Below are positions 1 to 11,008 of a DNA stretch of 32,000 nt, one piece after another (the stretch's first letter is position 1; the number at the start of each line of letters is the position of its first letter). The DNA comes from Trichodesmium erythraeum IMS101 (GTDB taxonomy: Bacteria; Cyanobacteriota; Cyanobacteriia; Cyanobacteriales; Microcoleaceae). A model generated the notes under the pieces. The model did not search any database and was not told the origin of the DNA. It was given only the letters and a program-made list of their open reading frames with translations. The position numbers were made by a program, and so were the translations under genes. Location of the stretch: assembly GCF_000014265.1 (NCBI RefSeq), contig NC_008312.1, positions 2,070,001 through 2,102,000 on the forward strand, given 5' to 3'.

Positions 1-1941
1 ATATCTGTAAATTTTAAAAAAATGAGCTTAAGAAAATGTATAATTAATTTTGTCAAGCTTAAAATATTAAATCCTGGTGTAGTCAACCGACACATCTAAA
101 ATTATGTAATTAGCTTATCTAAAGTTGAGGAACGAAAACCAAGCAAAATAAGACACATGTTGAGTTTGAGTTCATTTTATCAAAGCCTACATTTTTTAAT
201 TGCCTTAGTCCATTAGGGTATACTAGATGTAGATTCGCCCATTAAACTTAATAATCTCTGTGATTCATCATAACTTGCCTATATGTAAGCTGTAAGCAGA
301 CCTAATATATTTTTTTTAGTATACCTTCTAAGAGTTCTCCTATTTGCTTTAAATAACCATAATCATCTAAAATTTTAGTCTTTAGAGGCAATCTTTTGTC
401 AAACTTTTCCTGATTATAACAACATAATTTTTGTTTGTTTATAATGCTAGGCTTAACTTAATATATTATTTATAAGTATGAATAATTAATTCCAGCAATT
501 CTTGTTATTTTAGTAAAGTTTCTATTTATCTTTCTTTTAACTCCTCACGTTTTTTTGAACACACACCATCAGTATTTATACTAACCAAAACTCTAGTATT
601 AAGAATAATTTTATACAATGACAAAACACTAAAATTGAGGCTTATTTACTGAGCAATGTTTTTTAGACTGTAATTGTAAAACTTTAGGATCAGATATTAC
701 TGTTTTGCCTAGAAATTATAATATCAGGCCTCAAGAAGGAAAACGGAAATTGGAATAAAAAATAAATCTTGAGGAAAACAAGTTTATATTTCAACAATTA
801 CCCCTTATTGAAAAAAAAGAGGACTTAAGCCTTACAGCATATTCGGTAAGTAATGTGCAACAACTAACAGGGTAAATATTTTTTACAAGTTTACCATTCG
901 TAATTCCCATATTCCCTAACCCCTACTCCTATGACCCTAAAAAAATCAACATAACTACCTAACATAACAACCCAGGAGTCGTAAATTCAATATATATTTA
1001 CATTTTAGGAGTCGCTACTAATATTGTATGCGACGTTCGTAAAAAAGATAAACAATTCACACCCTCAGTGGATGCTAATGATGAAAAAAATTATTCTACC
1101 TGTGTTAATTACTTAATCGTTTAAGTTTCAAATTAAAAATAGCATTAAATAGCATTTATTTTTAACCCTTGGTGTAAGAATAGTTTAATAACTCATAGCT
1201 AATATTTGATAGCTGATGGTTAAATGCTAACAAATCATACTTATTTAAGAAAGTTGTAATTTAATAGTTCAATTAAGAATAATGTTATAGGAAAAAAAGT
1301 TTACTTTACCACAATTAGTAGTTTTTTTAATCAGTAGTCCCATGAATGTGGTGATATTTATTTATAAGTAGACCCCTTTCATTGTCAATAGTTTAACTGC
1401 AAAAATCATTACTTGTGCATCACTACCCTTTAATCAATGAGTTATAGTTATACATCCATCTCTGCCCACCTTTCAAGCTATGCTTTATAAACATCTTTAT
1501 TAACATAAAACTTGACAAAACAGAGAAGTTATGTGCTTTTCATTAAATAGATATTTTAGGAGAATAGACTTACTTAATTAGAGGCTTTTCTCACCTATAG
1601 CTAGGTCTATTACATCCAATGTCCCGACCCATGCTAAAGACACGGGGAGAGAAGTTTTTGATAAATTATATAAAACAGTGAGATGTTTAATTCAATTTCT
1701 CCTCATATAACTTTCAGCATTTCCGTGCTGGAATGCTCCCCAAACAACTATCAGCTCAAGTCAAAACTATTCGTGATCAAGCATTGTAATTTGATAAATT
1801 TCCTAACACTTTTTTGTAGTCTTATAGTGTTGGGAAAAATGTGTGTTTTTCTTGCATAAAAATGTATAAAAACAATATAAAAATTGTGGATTTTGTTGTT
1901 CCCTATTTCTGATTTACTAATTGATTCAATAAAAAGCAAAA

Positions 1942-2889
1942 ATGCGAATATTATTTACAATTCCTCATTTTTTCAACCCAGAAGGTAGCGGGCAACATGG
2001 TTCTTTACGAAAAGACCCACAAACGCGCAGAATAGCTATTACTACCTGTTTAACTGCATTAAAAGCCTTATATGGTCAATCTCAGTATATGATTGATATT
2101 AGCAGACACCAAGCTATTCCTGCTAATCAAAGCCATGGAAATAATGTGGATATTATTGTTTGTACAACTAAAGGTTTTCACTTATTATCTCAGATTCCTT
2201 TGGCGTCAAATTTCTTAATGCACCACAATACTAATGTAGAACCTATGTTATTAGGATTTGAATGTCAGGCAGTACTGAAATCATGTCTGGGAAAGTATGA
2301 TTATTATTGTTATTTAGAAGACGATTTAATTCTACATGACCCTTGGTTCTTTGTGAAGTTAAAATGGTTTAATCACCATACTGGAAATAGTAATTTACTA
2401 CAACCTAATCGTTATGAAGTGTCACCTTTGGGGCCTGTGCCAAAAGCTTATATAGATGGTAATTTAAAACCTGAAACAACAGCTAAGTTTCAAAATATTC
2501 GAGATCAACCTCAACTTAAGGGGAAAATAATGGAGAAAGTGATTGCTTTTCACAGAACTCTTAACCCTCATTCTGGTTGTTATTTTTTGAATTCTGAACA
2601 AATGGCAGAATGGGTTAGTAAACCATATTTTGGGGATAGAGATACTAGTTTTATTGGTCCTTTAGAAAGTGCTGCGACTCTAGGAATTATGAGGAGTTTT
2701 AGAATTTATAAACCTGCTATTGCTGATGCTAGTTTCTTGGAAATTCAGCATTTTGGTACTACGTTTCTTAGTTTAATTGGTAATCAAATATCACTCTGGG
2801 ATAAACTTATTCAGGGTAAAGAAAAAACTAAGACTGAAGCTAAAAATAAAGTCAACAAAGAAGTTAAAACAGAAACTAAAACTAATTAA
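1942..2889 (+). CDS. Hypothetical protein, 315 aa, with a Lys/Thr/Glu-rich C-terminal tail. Function not recognisable.
   Basis: ATG-initiated 948-nt ORF and the only long ORF in the first 3.5 kb. Composition looks globular until the low-complexity tail KEKTKTEAKNKVNKEVKTETKTN. I can name no catalytic motif. Confidence 0.5.
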   Translation: MRILFTIPHFFNPEGSGQHGSLRKDPQTRRIAITTCLTALKALYGQSQYMIDISRHQAIPANQSHGNNVDIIVCTTKGFHLLSQIPLASNFLMHHNTNVEPMLLGFECQAVLKSCLGKYDYYCYLEDDLILHDPWFFVKLKWFNHHTGNSNLLQPNRYEVSPLGPVPKAYIDGNLKPETTAKFQNIRDQPQLKGKIMEKVIAFHRTLNPHSGCYFLNSEQMAEWVSKPYFGDRDTSFIGPLESAATLGIMRSFRIYKPAIADASFLEIQHFGTTFLSLIGNQISLWDKLIQGKEKTKTEAKNKVNKEVKTETKTN

Positions 2890-3514
2890 TATTAAATATT
2901 TAACTATGAACTTTGAGGGAGAAAAGAAGACTCATCCAACCTAGCAAATTTTTGTGAACTAATAAGGAGTAAAAGGGTAGCAATTAGGATGGTCATTCTA
3001 CCTTTTCCTATTGTCTACCCTGTCTCTCTTTTCCGAAACTATAAATTCTAACAAAAGCTAACCATTTACAGTAGAAAGTAGAATTTTGTCCACATTGGAG
3101 GTATCTCCCAATAGACTTCCCCTCCAAAGGTTCCCAAACCCTTATACTCGTCTTTTCAGATCGGTATTTTTCGAGAAGTCTAATGTATATAAGAAAATCT
3201 TATAAACTTTTTTATGAGTTATGTAGCCTTAGTAGTAGGCGTTGACAGAGATATTCTTAGTTGCCAAGACTCAGGCGGTTGGATCACTTATCAGGAATTA
3301 GAAAACTCATAGTAATTAGTAATAAGAGGGCAGGCATCCCTAACTACTCTGACATATTAGATTACGATATGATTAGTAGCTTTGGATTGCCAACTATTAA
3401 TCCCCCTTGTCTAGCCACTCAAACAGCTATTTCCCTGGAAAGAAAACAACAATACCCTAGAAGGAGTTGGTTTTAGACCCAACTTTTTTGAGGATTTTTT
3501 CTAATTGCTCAGAA

Positions 3515-5386
3515 TTAGATAATTAAAATATCGCTGTTCTCAAGACCTGGATTACCGTTGAGACGAGCAATAGTAACAACATCGCTGTTATCATCTGGAC
3601 CACCACTACCACTAGGATCGTACTTTAATAAACCAGAATCTATTCTTTCATTTCCGTTTAGAGGCTCAGGCTCGTAGATAATTGTAGGATTAGTACTTCG
3701 AGCATCATCGTTGCTATAGTTATTGCCTGGGTCAATAAGAACCAAATCAGCATTAGCAATTGTTGAACCTGCCTCAGAGTTGGCTAAATTAAATCCTTGA
3801 TCTCGAAGCAGTATTTTGTCGTCAGCAGTATCGAAATCTACAATAACACTATTTGGACTTTGGTCCTTACCATCCAAACCAAAATAAACGAAACTATCGT
3901 TTCCTGCACCACCAATTAATGAATCGCCTGTACTGTCAAGACCTCCTACAATATAGTCATCACCATCACCACCAATAATTGTATCTTTGCCACCACGTCC
4001 GAATATTGTGTCATTCCCTGCACCAGCAACAATACGATCATCTCCTTCGTCTGGGGAATCTTCACTGACTGAGTTACCACCAGTAATAGAGTCATTACCT
4101 CCTCCAGTAACTAGTGTGTCATTTCCTTTACCACCAGTAATAGTATTATTGCCGAAGGTATCTTGAATATTAAATCCTGATGTACTAGTTCCAACCGCAG
4201 CAATAGTATCGTTACCTCTGTTGTTCCCAATTAACTGATCGTTAGTTGATCCAAACTGGATAAAGTCATTGCCTGTACCACCATCGAAGAAGTTAGATAC
4301 ACCAGCACTAGTATTACCTAGTAAACTGTCATTACCTGCACCACCAATAAGGGTAATTTGAGCAGCATCAGTACCTGCAGCAGTAGCATTTATGGTGTCA
4401 TTACCTCCACCACCATCTCCCTTTGTGAATATACCACTAAGGGAGTCATTACCATCACCCCCGATCATTGTATCAGTTACATATCCCCCTACTAAGGTAT
4501 CGCTACCTGCACCACCATCCAATCTGTTTTGACCATCAGAACCTTCATCAGTAGACTTGCTTACAATAGAGTCATTACCTTCACCACCAATCAAAGTGTC
4601 CCTCGCACCTCGACCAATGAGAGTATCGCTACCCGCACCACCCTCTAGACTATTTCTACTATTATTATTCTCATCACTAGGAGATGGATCAAGCCCGCCC
4701 ATAATCGAATCATCACCTTCACCACCAAGTAGGGTAGACCTTTCTTCCGAGTTAGTGATTGTGTCATTACCTTTATCTCCACTTATAAAGACTCGACTAC
4801 CCGAAGAAATTAGTGTATCGTCCTCCTTACCACCATAGATAGTATCGCGATCACCAGACACCTTGACATAATCTTCGTTATTGTTTGCAGATATAAAATT
4901 AAACCCAGAATTTTCTGATGGAGTTGAGGTATCCCTATTAAGAATAGTATCATTACCTTTACCTCCATAAACAGTATCTCTCTCTGTTATGAAGAATCTA
5001 TCATTATCTCGATTGCCTGATAGATAGTTTCCTTCAATCAAACTTATGAGAGAGTCCTCCCCATTACCTCCATACAGGGTAGTTTGGGTAATAGCTTTTA
5101 AGGTATCATTGCCCTCATCTCCAAATCCAGTGCCTCCTGCTGCTCTGAAGTCTAAGGTATCATCTCCATTCCCCCCTTCAAGAGTGTCACCTTCACCAGA
5201 GTTGCCAATTCCAGCAGGCCCTCTGGACAGCAAAGTATCGTTTCCATTTCCACCTCTAATTAGACTACCTCCCAGGGTAGAACTTAATATTATGTCATCT
5301 CCACCAATAGCATTAATGGTATCAGGTTTCATCTGGTCTGATTGGTCCTGATCAAAGTTATTGTCTGCGTCACTTAATGTCACCAT
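3515..5386 (-). CDS. RTX / hemolysin-type calcium-binding repeat protein, 623 aa. Probably secreted or surface-associated.
   Basis: Roughly two dozen GGxGxDxUx nonapeptide repeats (GGNGNDTLL, GGKGNDTIL, GGEGDDSIM, GGAGSDTLI, GGDGDDYIV and others) spread along the protein. No N-terminal signal peptide, as expected for type I secretion substrates. A GAGGAG Shine-Dalgarno sits about 10 nt upstream of the ATG at 5386. Confidence 0.9.
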   Translation of the reverse strand: MVTLSDADNNFDQDQSDQMKPDTINAIGGDDIILSSTLGGSLIRGGNGNDTLLSRGPAGIGNSGEGDTLEGGNGDDTLDFRAAGGTGFGDEGNDTLKAITQTTLYGGNGEDSLISLIEGNYLSGNRDNDRFFITERDTVYGGKGNDTILNRDTSTPSENSGFNFISANNNEDYVKVSGDRDTIYGGKEDDTLISSGSRVFISGDKGNDTITNSEERSTLLGGEGDDSIMGGLDPSPSDENNNSRNSLEGGAGSDTLIGRGARDTLIGGEGNDSIVSKSTDEGSDGQNRLDGGAGSDTLVGGYVTDTMIGGDGNDSLSGIFTKGDGGGGNDTINATAAGTDAAQITLIGGAGNDSLLGNTSAGVSNFFDGGTGNDFIQFGSTNDQLIGNNRGNDTIAAVGTSTSGFNIQDTFGNNTITGGKGNDTLVTGGGNDSITGGNSVSEDSPDEGDDRIVAGAGNDTIFGRGGKDTIIGGDGDDYIVGGLDSTGDSLIGGAGNDSFVYFGLDGKDQSPNSVIVDFDTADDKILLRDQGFNLANSEAGSTIANADLVLIDPGNNYSNDDARSTNPTIIYEPEPLNGNERIDSGLLKYDPSGSGGPDDNSDVVTIARLNGNPGLENSDILII

Positions 5387-6162
5387 ACCGTTTCACTCCT
5401 CTACATTTATCTATAATATTTATGGTCAATTATTCTGTTTAGTTATACCACTAAAAACAGAAGTTATTTTATATTCGGCTGTAGTTTAACCTGTTTATCT
5501 GGAATAAGTCTAGCCTTTTAACTACAAAAATTATTAGCCAAAGTTGGGCCTAACTATTTGTCTATAGATTTACTCTTATTGACTTGGAAGTACAACGTTA
5601 GTACTTATTCTAAGACAGCATATTTTTAACTTAATCCGCATTCAAGTTCCACTCTATTAGGTAGATTTTCTGTTCCCCAAAGCTGTACTTTCAATGTGGC
5701 AAGGCTTAAAATGCTGTCGCCGTCAGGAAAGGGGTTAGTATGAATTGCGGGATTTTACCTGCTACTTATAATCAAAGAGTCTATTAAAACTCTTCTAGAA
5801 TACCCAAACAATTTCGGCAAAATTAGGAAAAATTTGACCCACTCCTCTAGTTTCCCTTCCAGGATCGGTGATTTAACCTGGGAGGTCGGCCTATTTCATG
5901 AGACAGCACAAAAGTTTAGTCTATGGGAGATGGATATTTGCCTGTGGATGCTTATGTAAGACCAAGAAAGTTTTCAGATTTTCAAGGCATTGCATTAGGG
6001 TTTAAGTTTTAAAACCTAAACCATAAAAGACATAACTGGTTTGGGTAACTTTTGGTACTTTTTTAGTACTTTACTTATTGATTATAGTTTACAGTCTAAA
6101 CATTACCGGAGGACGGTATTAATTTACTAATGGTTCCCAGATATATCTAATTTTGAATGTAC

Positions 6163-7434
6163 CTAGAATTTAGATAAGGTAAGAGATCCTTTTGTTTCCT
6201 TACCTTTAGTTGGTGTTAAGCTACGATTAGCAACTTGATTAATTAGTTCTAAATGTTTTATTAATAGATTGGATAAAGCATAACGTTCTAATACAGTTTG
6301 CCGTGCTTTTTCTCGTATTTCTGCCATACGAGTTGGGTGATCTAAAACTTCATCAACACGGTCAGCTATATGCTTAGGAGAGAAGAAGTCTGCTAATAGG
6401 CCATTTTTCCCATCTTGAATAACTTCCCTAACTGGTGCTGTGTCTGAACCGACAATTAAGCAACCAGTTGATAGGGACTCAATCATTGACCATGAAAGCA
6501 CAAAAGGTCTGGTTAGGTAAATGTGAACATCTGATGCTTGAATGACTTTCAAGTATAATCCATAGGGCAATGATCCAACAAAGTGAATTCTTGATAAGTC
6601 CAAGGGTATTTTTTCTAGCATCTCTTGTTTGTAAGTTTTGCCATTTGGTAATGATTTACCATAGCAAACTCTTTCAGAACCAACTACTACTACATGACAG
6701 TTGGGCCTTCTTTCTTGGATATAGGCGATCGCTTCGATAAATTCTGGAAAACCTCGATATGGTTCCATTCCTCTTGCTACATAAGTCACCAGTTCATCTA
6801 CTCCAGACAAGTCTAAGTTGGGTAATACCAGTTTTGACCCCGGATTTGGTTTGAAATAGTCGGTATCCACCCCATCATGCAGTACAGATAGTTTGCTTTG
6901 GAGTTCTTGAGGAAATTGGGAGCGCTGCCAGTGTGTGGGAGATAGTCCCCAATCACAAGAGTACAAGTCTATTAATATGGGGGCATTTTTGATCCGAATT
7001 CTGGCCATATCATCTACTGTTAAGGGTTCTGCAGGGTCAAAATCTGCATCAGAACCCTGAGAATGATAGAACCATTCAAAGTAGCAAAGTAAGGGAACTC
7101 CAGGAAATGCTTCTTTAACAAATAGAGTAGGCCCCCATCCTGAATGACCACAAATTACATCTGGGACAAACCCTTTGACCTTAAGTTGTTCTGCCATTCT
7201 AAACACGGCTTGTCCATAAATTACTGCACTTTCTAAAGGACGCACATAATGGTGAGTTTCTGGGCGGGCTTCCCGACTGGGGTTGAATAGTGCTTTATGA
7301 ACTCCTGGTATTTTCCATTCTGGCCTTTCGTTTTTTGTACCAAAGACGACTTGGTTTTTTGGGTTAGCTCCTAAAGCGGTAATAATATGACGATATTGAG
7401 CCGGAAAATTCGGGTGTAGAAATAAAGCTTTCAT
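6163..7434 (-). CDS. Glycosyltransferase, GT4 / group 1 family (GT-B fold), 423 aa
   Basis: The N-terminus MKALFLHPNFPAQYRHI is typical of one GT4 subfamily. The C-terminal half carries the donor-binding region ...LSTGCLIVGSDTAPVREVIQDGKNGLL. The tracked ORF begins at a TTG (7479); the first ATG at 7434 is preferred. Confidence 0.85.
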   Translation of the reverse strand: MKALFLHPNFPAQYRHIITALGANPKNQVVFGTKNERPEWKIPGVHKALFNPSREARPETHHYVRPLESAVIYGQAVFRMAEQLKVKGFVPDVICGHSGWGPTLFVKEAFPGVPLLCYFEWFYHSQGSDADFDPAEPLTVDDMARIRIKNAPILIDLYSCDWGLSPTHWQRSQFPQELQSKLSVLHDGVDTDYFKPNPGSKLVLPNLDLSGVDELVTYVARGMEPYRGFPEFIEAIAYIQERRPNCHVVVVGSERVCYGKSLPNGKTYKQEMLEKIPLDLSRIHFVGSLPYGLYLKVIQASDVHIYLTRPFVLSWSMIESLSTGCLIVGSDTAPVREVIQDGKNGLLADFFSPKHIADRVDEVLDHPTRMAEIREKARQTVLERYALSNLLIKHLELINQVANRSLTPTKGKETKGSLTLSKF

Positions 7435-7703
7435 AAGTTTGATAATTGAAAATAATACTAAATCAGGAGAGACTTTCAATATACAACTAACCTAAATTAT
7501 AAGTTTAGAGAGTAGGTAAACTGTTGTGCATTTAAACGACTCATTGTTATGTGCATTGTTTACGCGAAAAACCATGATAAATTCTGACTTATTAAAGGCA
7601 CATTTTAAACTGGTATTAGCTGAGTAAGGGGTAGTAAATAGATACAGGAAAACAAAAAGGTCTAGTTCAAAAAATGATGATTTTTTTCCTGTTTCCTTAA
7701 CTG

Positions 7704-8402
7704 TTAATTATTTTCAGGTGCTTGACAAATCCAAACACAATCTCTCGGAACTGAGTTAATATCTTTATGAATAATTTGGTAGTTAAGATGGGAAAGAAAC
7801 TTTTCCATTATTTTGTCTGTCATTACTGAGTGAGCTGTACCATTTCGTTCACCCATAAGATTCTCATCCCAATCTTTGAGAAATCTTTGCCAACCTAAAT
7901 TACTAAGAGTATTTGTGTGATGAAAGATACAAAGCTTTTTTCCTTTTAATTTGCTAGGAATTTTAGTTAAGTAATTGAAAATATCTCTGGGTTCTAAATG
8001 CACCATTGTGTCATAGCAAAAGCAAACATCTGCTACTTCTGATTCAATTTCATTTAATGTTATTCCGTCAACTTTTACATATTTTATTTGATCTTCACCC
8101 AGTCTATTTTTAGTAGCATTTAACATAAACTTAGAAATATCAGCACATATTAATTTTTGGCAGTATTTAAGTAACAATGCTGCGGTTCTTCCCCCACCAA
8201 TTCCTATCTCTAACACTGTATCTTTTTGTTTTATATATGGAGCAATAAATTTTTTTTCTATTAATTTTTCGTAATCTGCTAATGAGTTTGCTGCTCCAGC
8301 TGCTTTGCCTATCCATTCATCACCTATATAGGTTAATTCTGGGTAATATTCTTGCCATTTTTTTGCATATTCTTCCCAGGCATTTTCATAATCAATAGTC
8401 AT
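7704..8402 (-). CDS. Class I SAM-dependent methyltransferase, 232 aa
   Basis: Motif I VLEIGIGGGR is followed by an acidic post-I residue (ICADIS) and the motif II/III spacing of Rossmann-fold methyltransferases. ATG start at 8402. Confidence 0.8.
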   Translation of the reverse strand: MTIDYENAWEEYAKKWQEYYPELTYIGDEWIGKAAGAANSLADYEKLIEKKFIAPYIKQKDTVLEIGIGGGRTAALLLKYCQKLICADISKFMLNATKNRLGEDQIKYVKVDGITLNEIESEVADVCFCYDTMVHLEPRDIFNYLTKIPSKLKGKKLCIFHHTNTLSNLGWQRFLKDWDENLMGERNGTAHSVMTDKIMEKFLSHLNYQIIHKDINSVPRDCVWICQAPENN

Positions 8403-9607
8403 GGGGTATAGTTATATTTTATAAGTTTATTAGCTATAAACATTTAGCTATCAGCTAAGTTCCTATGCAAAATTAATTACATATTTTTTCGGTATTTTAT
8501 CAAGTACTTTTTTGAGATATTGAAGTCAATTCTTTCAGTGGTAATCTATATCGTATACATAAATTTATACCCAAAACATCTTAATTATTAAGTTAACTAT
8601 TAGTAGTCTTTTTAGGTATAACTTCTATCAAGAAAACTCCAGGAAAATAATGACTCAATGAATCTCTAGGGCAACCAACTATTTCTACAAACTACTTTGA
8701 TGACTCTGGTAGTGGCGTTTTAAGCCTTAAATGTTGCTTTAGAGAAGTAGTACAATGCCAATTTTTCAAAACTTTTAGTTAAAAATATAGCGTTGGCGAA
8801 TCCAGCTATAAAACTTAAATTTGGCCCAAGATAAAATTATTTTGAGTTAATAGTTAGGCGATTACTATTAAAGCACAATCAAGGGTCAAAATCACCAAGG
8901 CCAAAATCTTCTATATGAGTTTAACTGCAAGCTTAAAGTCGTATTTTTTTTAACGAATAACCAAAATTCATTACTCATTATTTCTAAGATTTTGAGATTT
9001 TCTACAGCAACAAAAAAGTCATTAGCAAACCTTATTACTTGCTTAATTATTTCAAAAATTGAAGACTTAAAGAAAAATTGGGTTTAACACTTGGCCCACC
9101 CATCGGGCGATTTTCAATTGTTTAATAAGATTGGTTTAAATACCTGCCTTGTCTCATAAATATAGAGTTTTTCAAGGTAATGATGTACAGTTTTTTTCTT
9201 CTTTTCTATACTCTGTTTTCCTTGCTTACTAATCTTTAGGGGAGCTTAGATGCATCTTCCCTACTAAAATAAATTTTTACCGACTCAGTGTGAGAATTGC
9301 TATAGTGCAGAATAAAAAAGGTTTGTCGGACCACTTAAAAGTTGAGAGTTGAACTTGGGAAGCTTTCAGGTTTCTGAGTAACTTCTTTATGTCAAAGCAC
9401 AAATAAAGAAAAGACCAACAAGAATTTTTGGTAAGTCACCCTCGGGCATTCCGAGACTTAAAATGGACATAAAGACTAGGCTAACCCACCTCTCTTGCTT
9501 CTCCTAACAAGGAAAGTATGGGGATAAGTCTAGCAGCCCGTGAGATGTCAACCCGCATAGGTGTTATAGTTCGGTTGTTTAAGAGTTCCTAAAAGTCAGG
9601 CAGGATG

Positions 9608-10351
9608 TCAAAAGTAAATTCTCATATATTCAACTAATTTTTGATTGTATGGTTCAAAATATTCAACTAATTCTTGATATATTTCTTGACTAGGTTTTGA
9701 GTAATTACCAGGATTATATTGAATATATTTTTCTGAGGAATATGTAGGTATCTCTAAAAAATGAAATACTTTATTCATAGTTTCTTGAGGAGTACTAAAT
9801 AAGTCTTCACTTTTGAGAATGAGAAATTGTTCTTTAGGAAAAATGCTCATCCAATTTTGGAGTTGTTCAATATATTTGCCCCTTGCTAGATATGTATAAT
9901 GTTGATGGTTAAAACTATAATATGTTCCTGTTTGAATGATTTTATTAACTTCTCCCTGTAAACGAGTTTCTTCAGTAGCGATCGCCTCTTTCAAACTCAA
10001 AAATTCAGATCCTAATCTTACTTCATGGTAGTAATGAGAAATAGCTCTTTCAGTTGGGTTCCTCAAAAGAACAATTAGTTTCATCTGAGGATATTTATCA
10101 AAAACTCTTTGAGCTACTAGAGGATGAAATAAATAGTAAGGACTTGATTCTCCAGTAATCATTCCTAGTTCTAATTCGGGAAATTGTGATTTATACCATT
10201 CTAAATCTTTGTCAAAATTTAAATCAAAATAATGAATCTCATGTTGTAAAGATGGAGCAATTAAAGGATGTTGAACTAAATATTTATATAAGGAGTTAGT
10301 ACCACATTTCTGGGCTCCAATTATTAAAAAATATGGCTTGTTAATGTTCAT
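9608..10351 (-). CDS. PAPS-dependent sulfotransferase, 247 aa
   Basis: 5-prime-phosphosulfate binding loop IIGAQKCGTNSL at residues 10-21. 3-prime-phosphate binding motif LLRNPTERAISHY near residue 95. Size and order are typical of carbohydrate sulfotransferases. Confidence 0.85.
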   Translation of the reverse strand: MNINKPYFLIIGAQKCGTNSLYKYLVQHPLIAPSLQHEIHYFDLNFDKDLEWYKSQFPELELGMITGESSPYYLFHPLVAQRVFDKYPQMKLIVLLRNPTERAISHYYHEVRLGSEFLSLKEAIATEETRLQGEVNKIIQTGTYYSFNHQHYTYLARGKYIEQLQNWMSIFPKEQFLILKSEDLFSTPQETMNKVFHFLEIPTYSSEKYIQYNPGNYSKPSQEIYQELVEYFEPYNQKLVEYMRIYF

Positions 10352-11008
10352 TTTTTCCAGATAAAGTTGTGTTTTTTTGTAAAGTTGATAGGAATATGTT
10401 TATTTTATTTTTAGTTATATAATTAAAGGTATTCAAGAAAATTTTGATGGATTTATGAGTCAATATAATTTTTTTTTATCCTCAATATTCAGAAAATAAT
10501 CTATAGATTTTGTCTGCTAATTTAGAAAGTAAAATACTTTATTCAGAGTTCCTTAAGGACTCTCTAATAAGTATTTATTTTCCATAATTAAAAGTTTTTT
10601 TCTGAGGAAAAATTTGACCCAATTTTCAAATTACTCAATGTATCTAGCACAGTATAAATATGTAAATTGCTGATAGGTAACACTAGAATTTATTTCTGTC
10701 TTTATAACTTTATCTACTTCGACTTCTAGACGATAATATTATTAGGATATCTCCTGTTTCAAGCTCAGAATTTTATACTCTAATTTTCCTTCATGATGAT
10801 AAACTCCGATAATTTTTAGACTACCTAAAACAGTTTTCTTGAAACCTCTATATTTCAATAAAAAAGACAGTTATGGGTTGTATAAATCAATAAGTAAACC
10901 TCTATATAAGTTACGCATAAACCATACATATAGCTTTTAAAATATAACGTTATAGCTTTTGAAATCTATATATATTACCATTGCATAAGTCCTGACTTTA
11001 GATAACTT

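Noticed and set aside
1751-1939. 62-aa - strand ORF just upstream of the 1942 gene
   Set aside because: It is short, AT-driven (Ile/Phe/Asn/Lys-rich), has no motif, and sits where the promoter or leader of the + strand gene is expected.
3261-3476. 71-aa + strand ORF
   Set aside because: It starts at a TTG with no Shine-Dalgarno, lies in a spacer facing the 3-prime end of the RTX gene, and has no recognisable features.
4557-5351. + strand Pro/Ser-rich ORFs (4557..4838 and 5046..5351)
   Set aside because: They are antisense to the RTX gene. Gly/Asp codons (GGN, GAY) read in reverse give Pro/Ser-rich open frames. They have no independent signals.
5999-6022. Near-perfect 24-nt palindrome GGTTTAAGTTTTAAAACCTAAACC, ~140 nt downstream of the GT4 gene, considered as a terminator
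   Set aside because: No U-tract follows it on the - strand, and the AT-rich stem would be weak. It cannot be distinguished from a chance palindrome in AT-rich DNA.
7643-7697. 9-bp inverted repeat ACAGGAAAA ... TTTTCCTGT downstream of the 232-aa methyltransferase gene, considered as a terminator
   Set aside because: The loop is about 30 nt and there is no adjacent U-run on the transcribed strand, so it is not a canonical intrinsic terminator.
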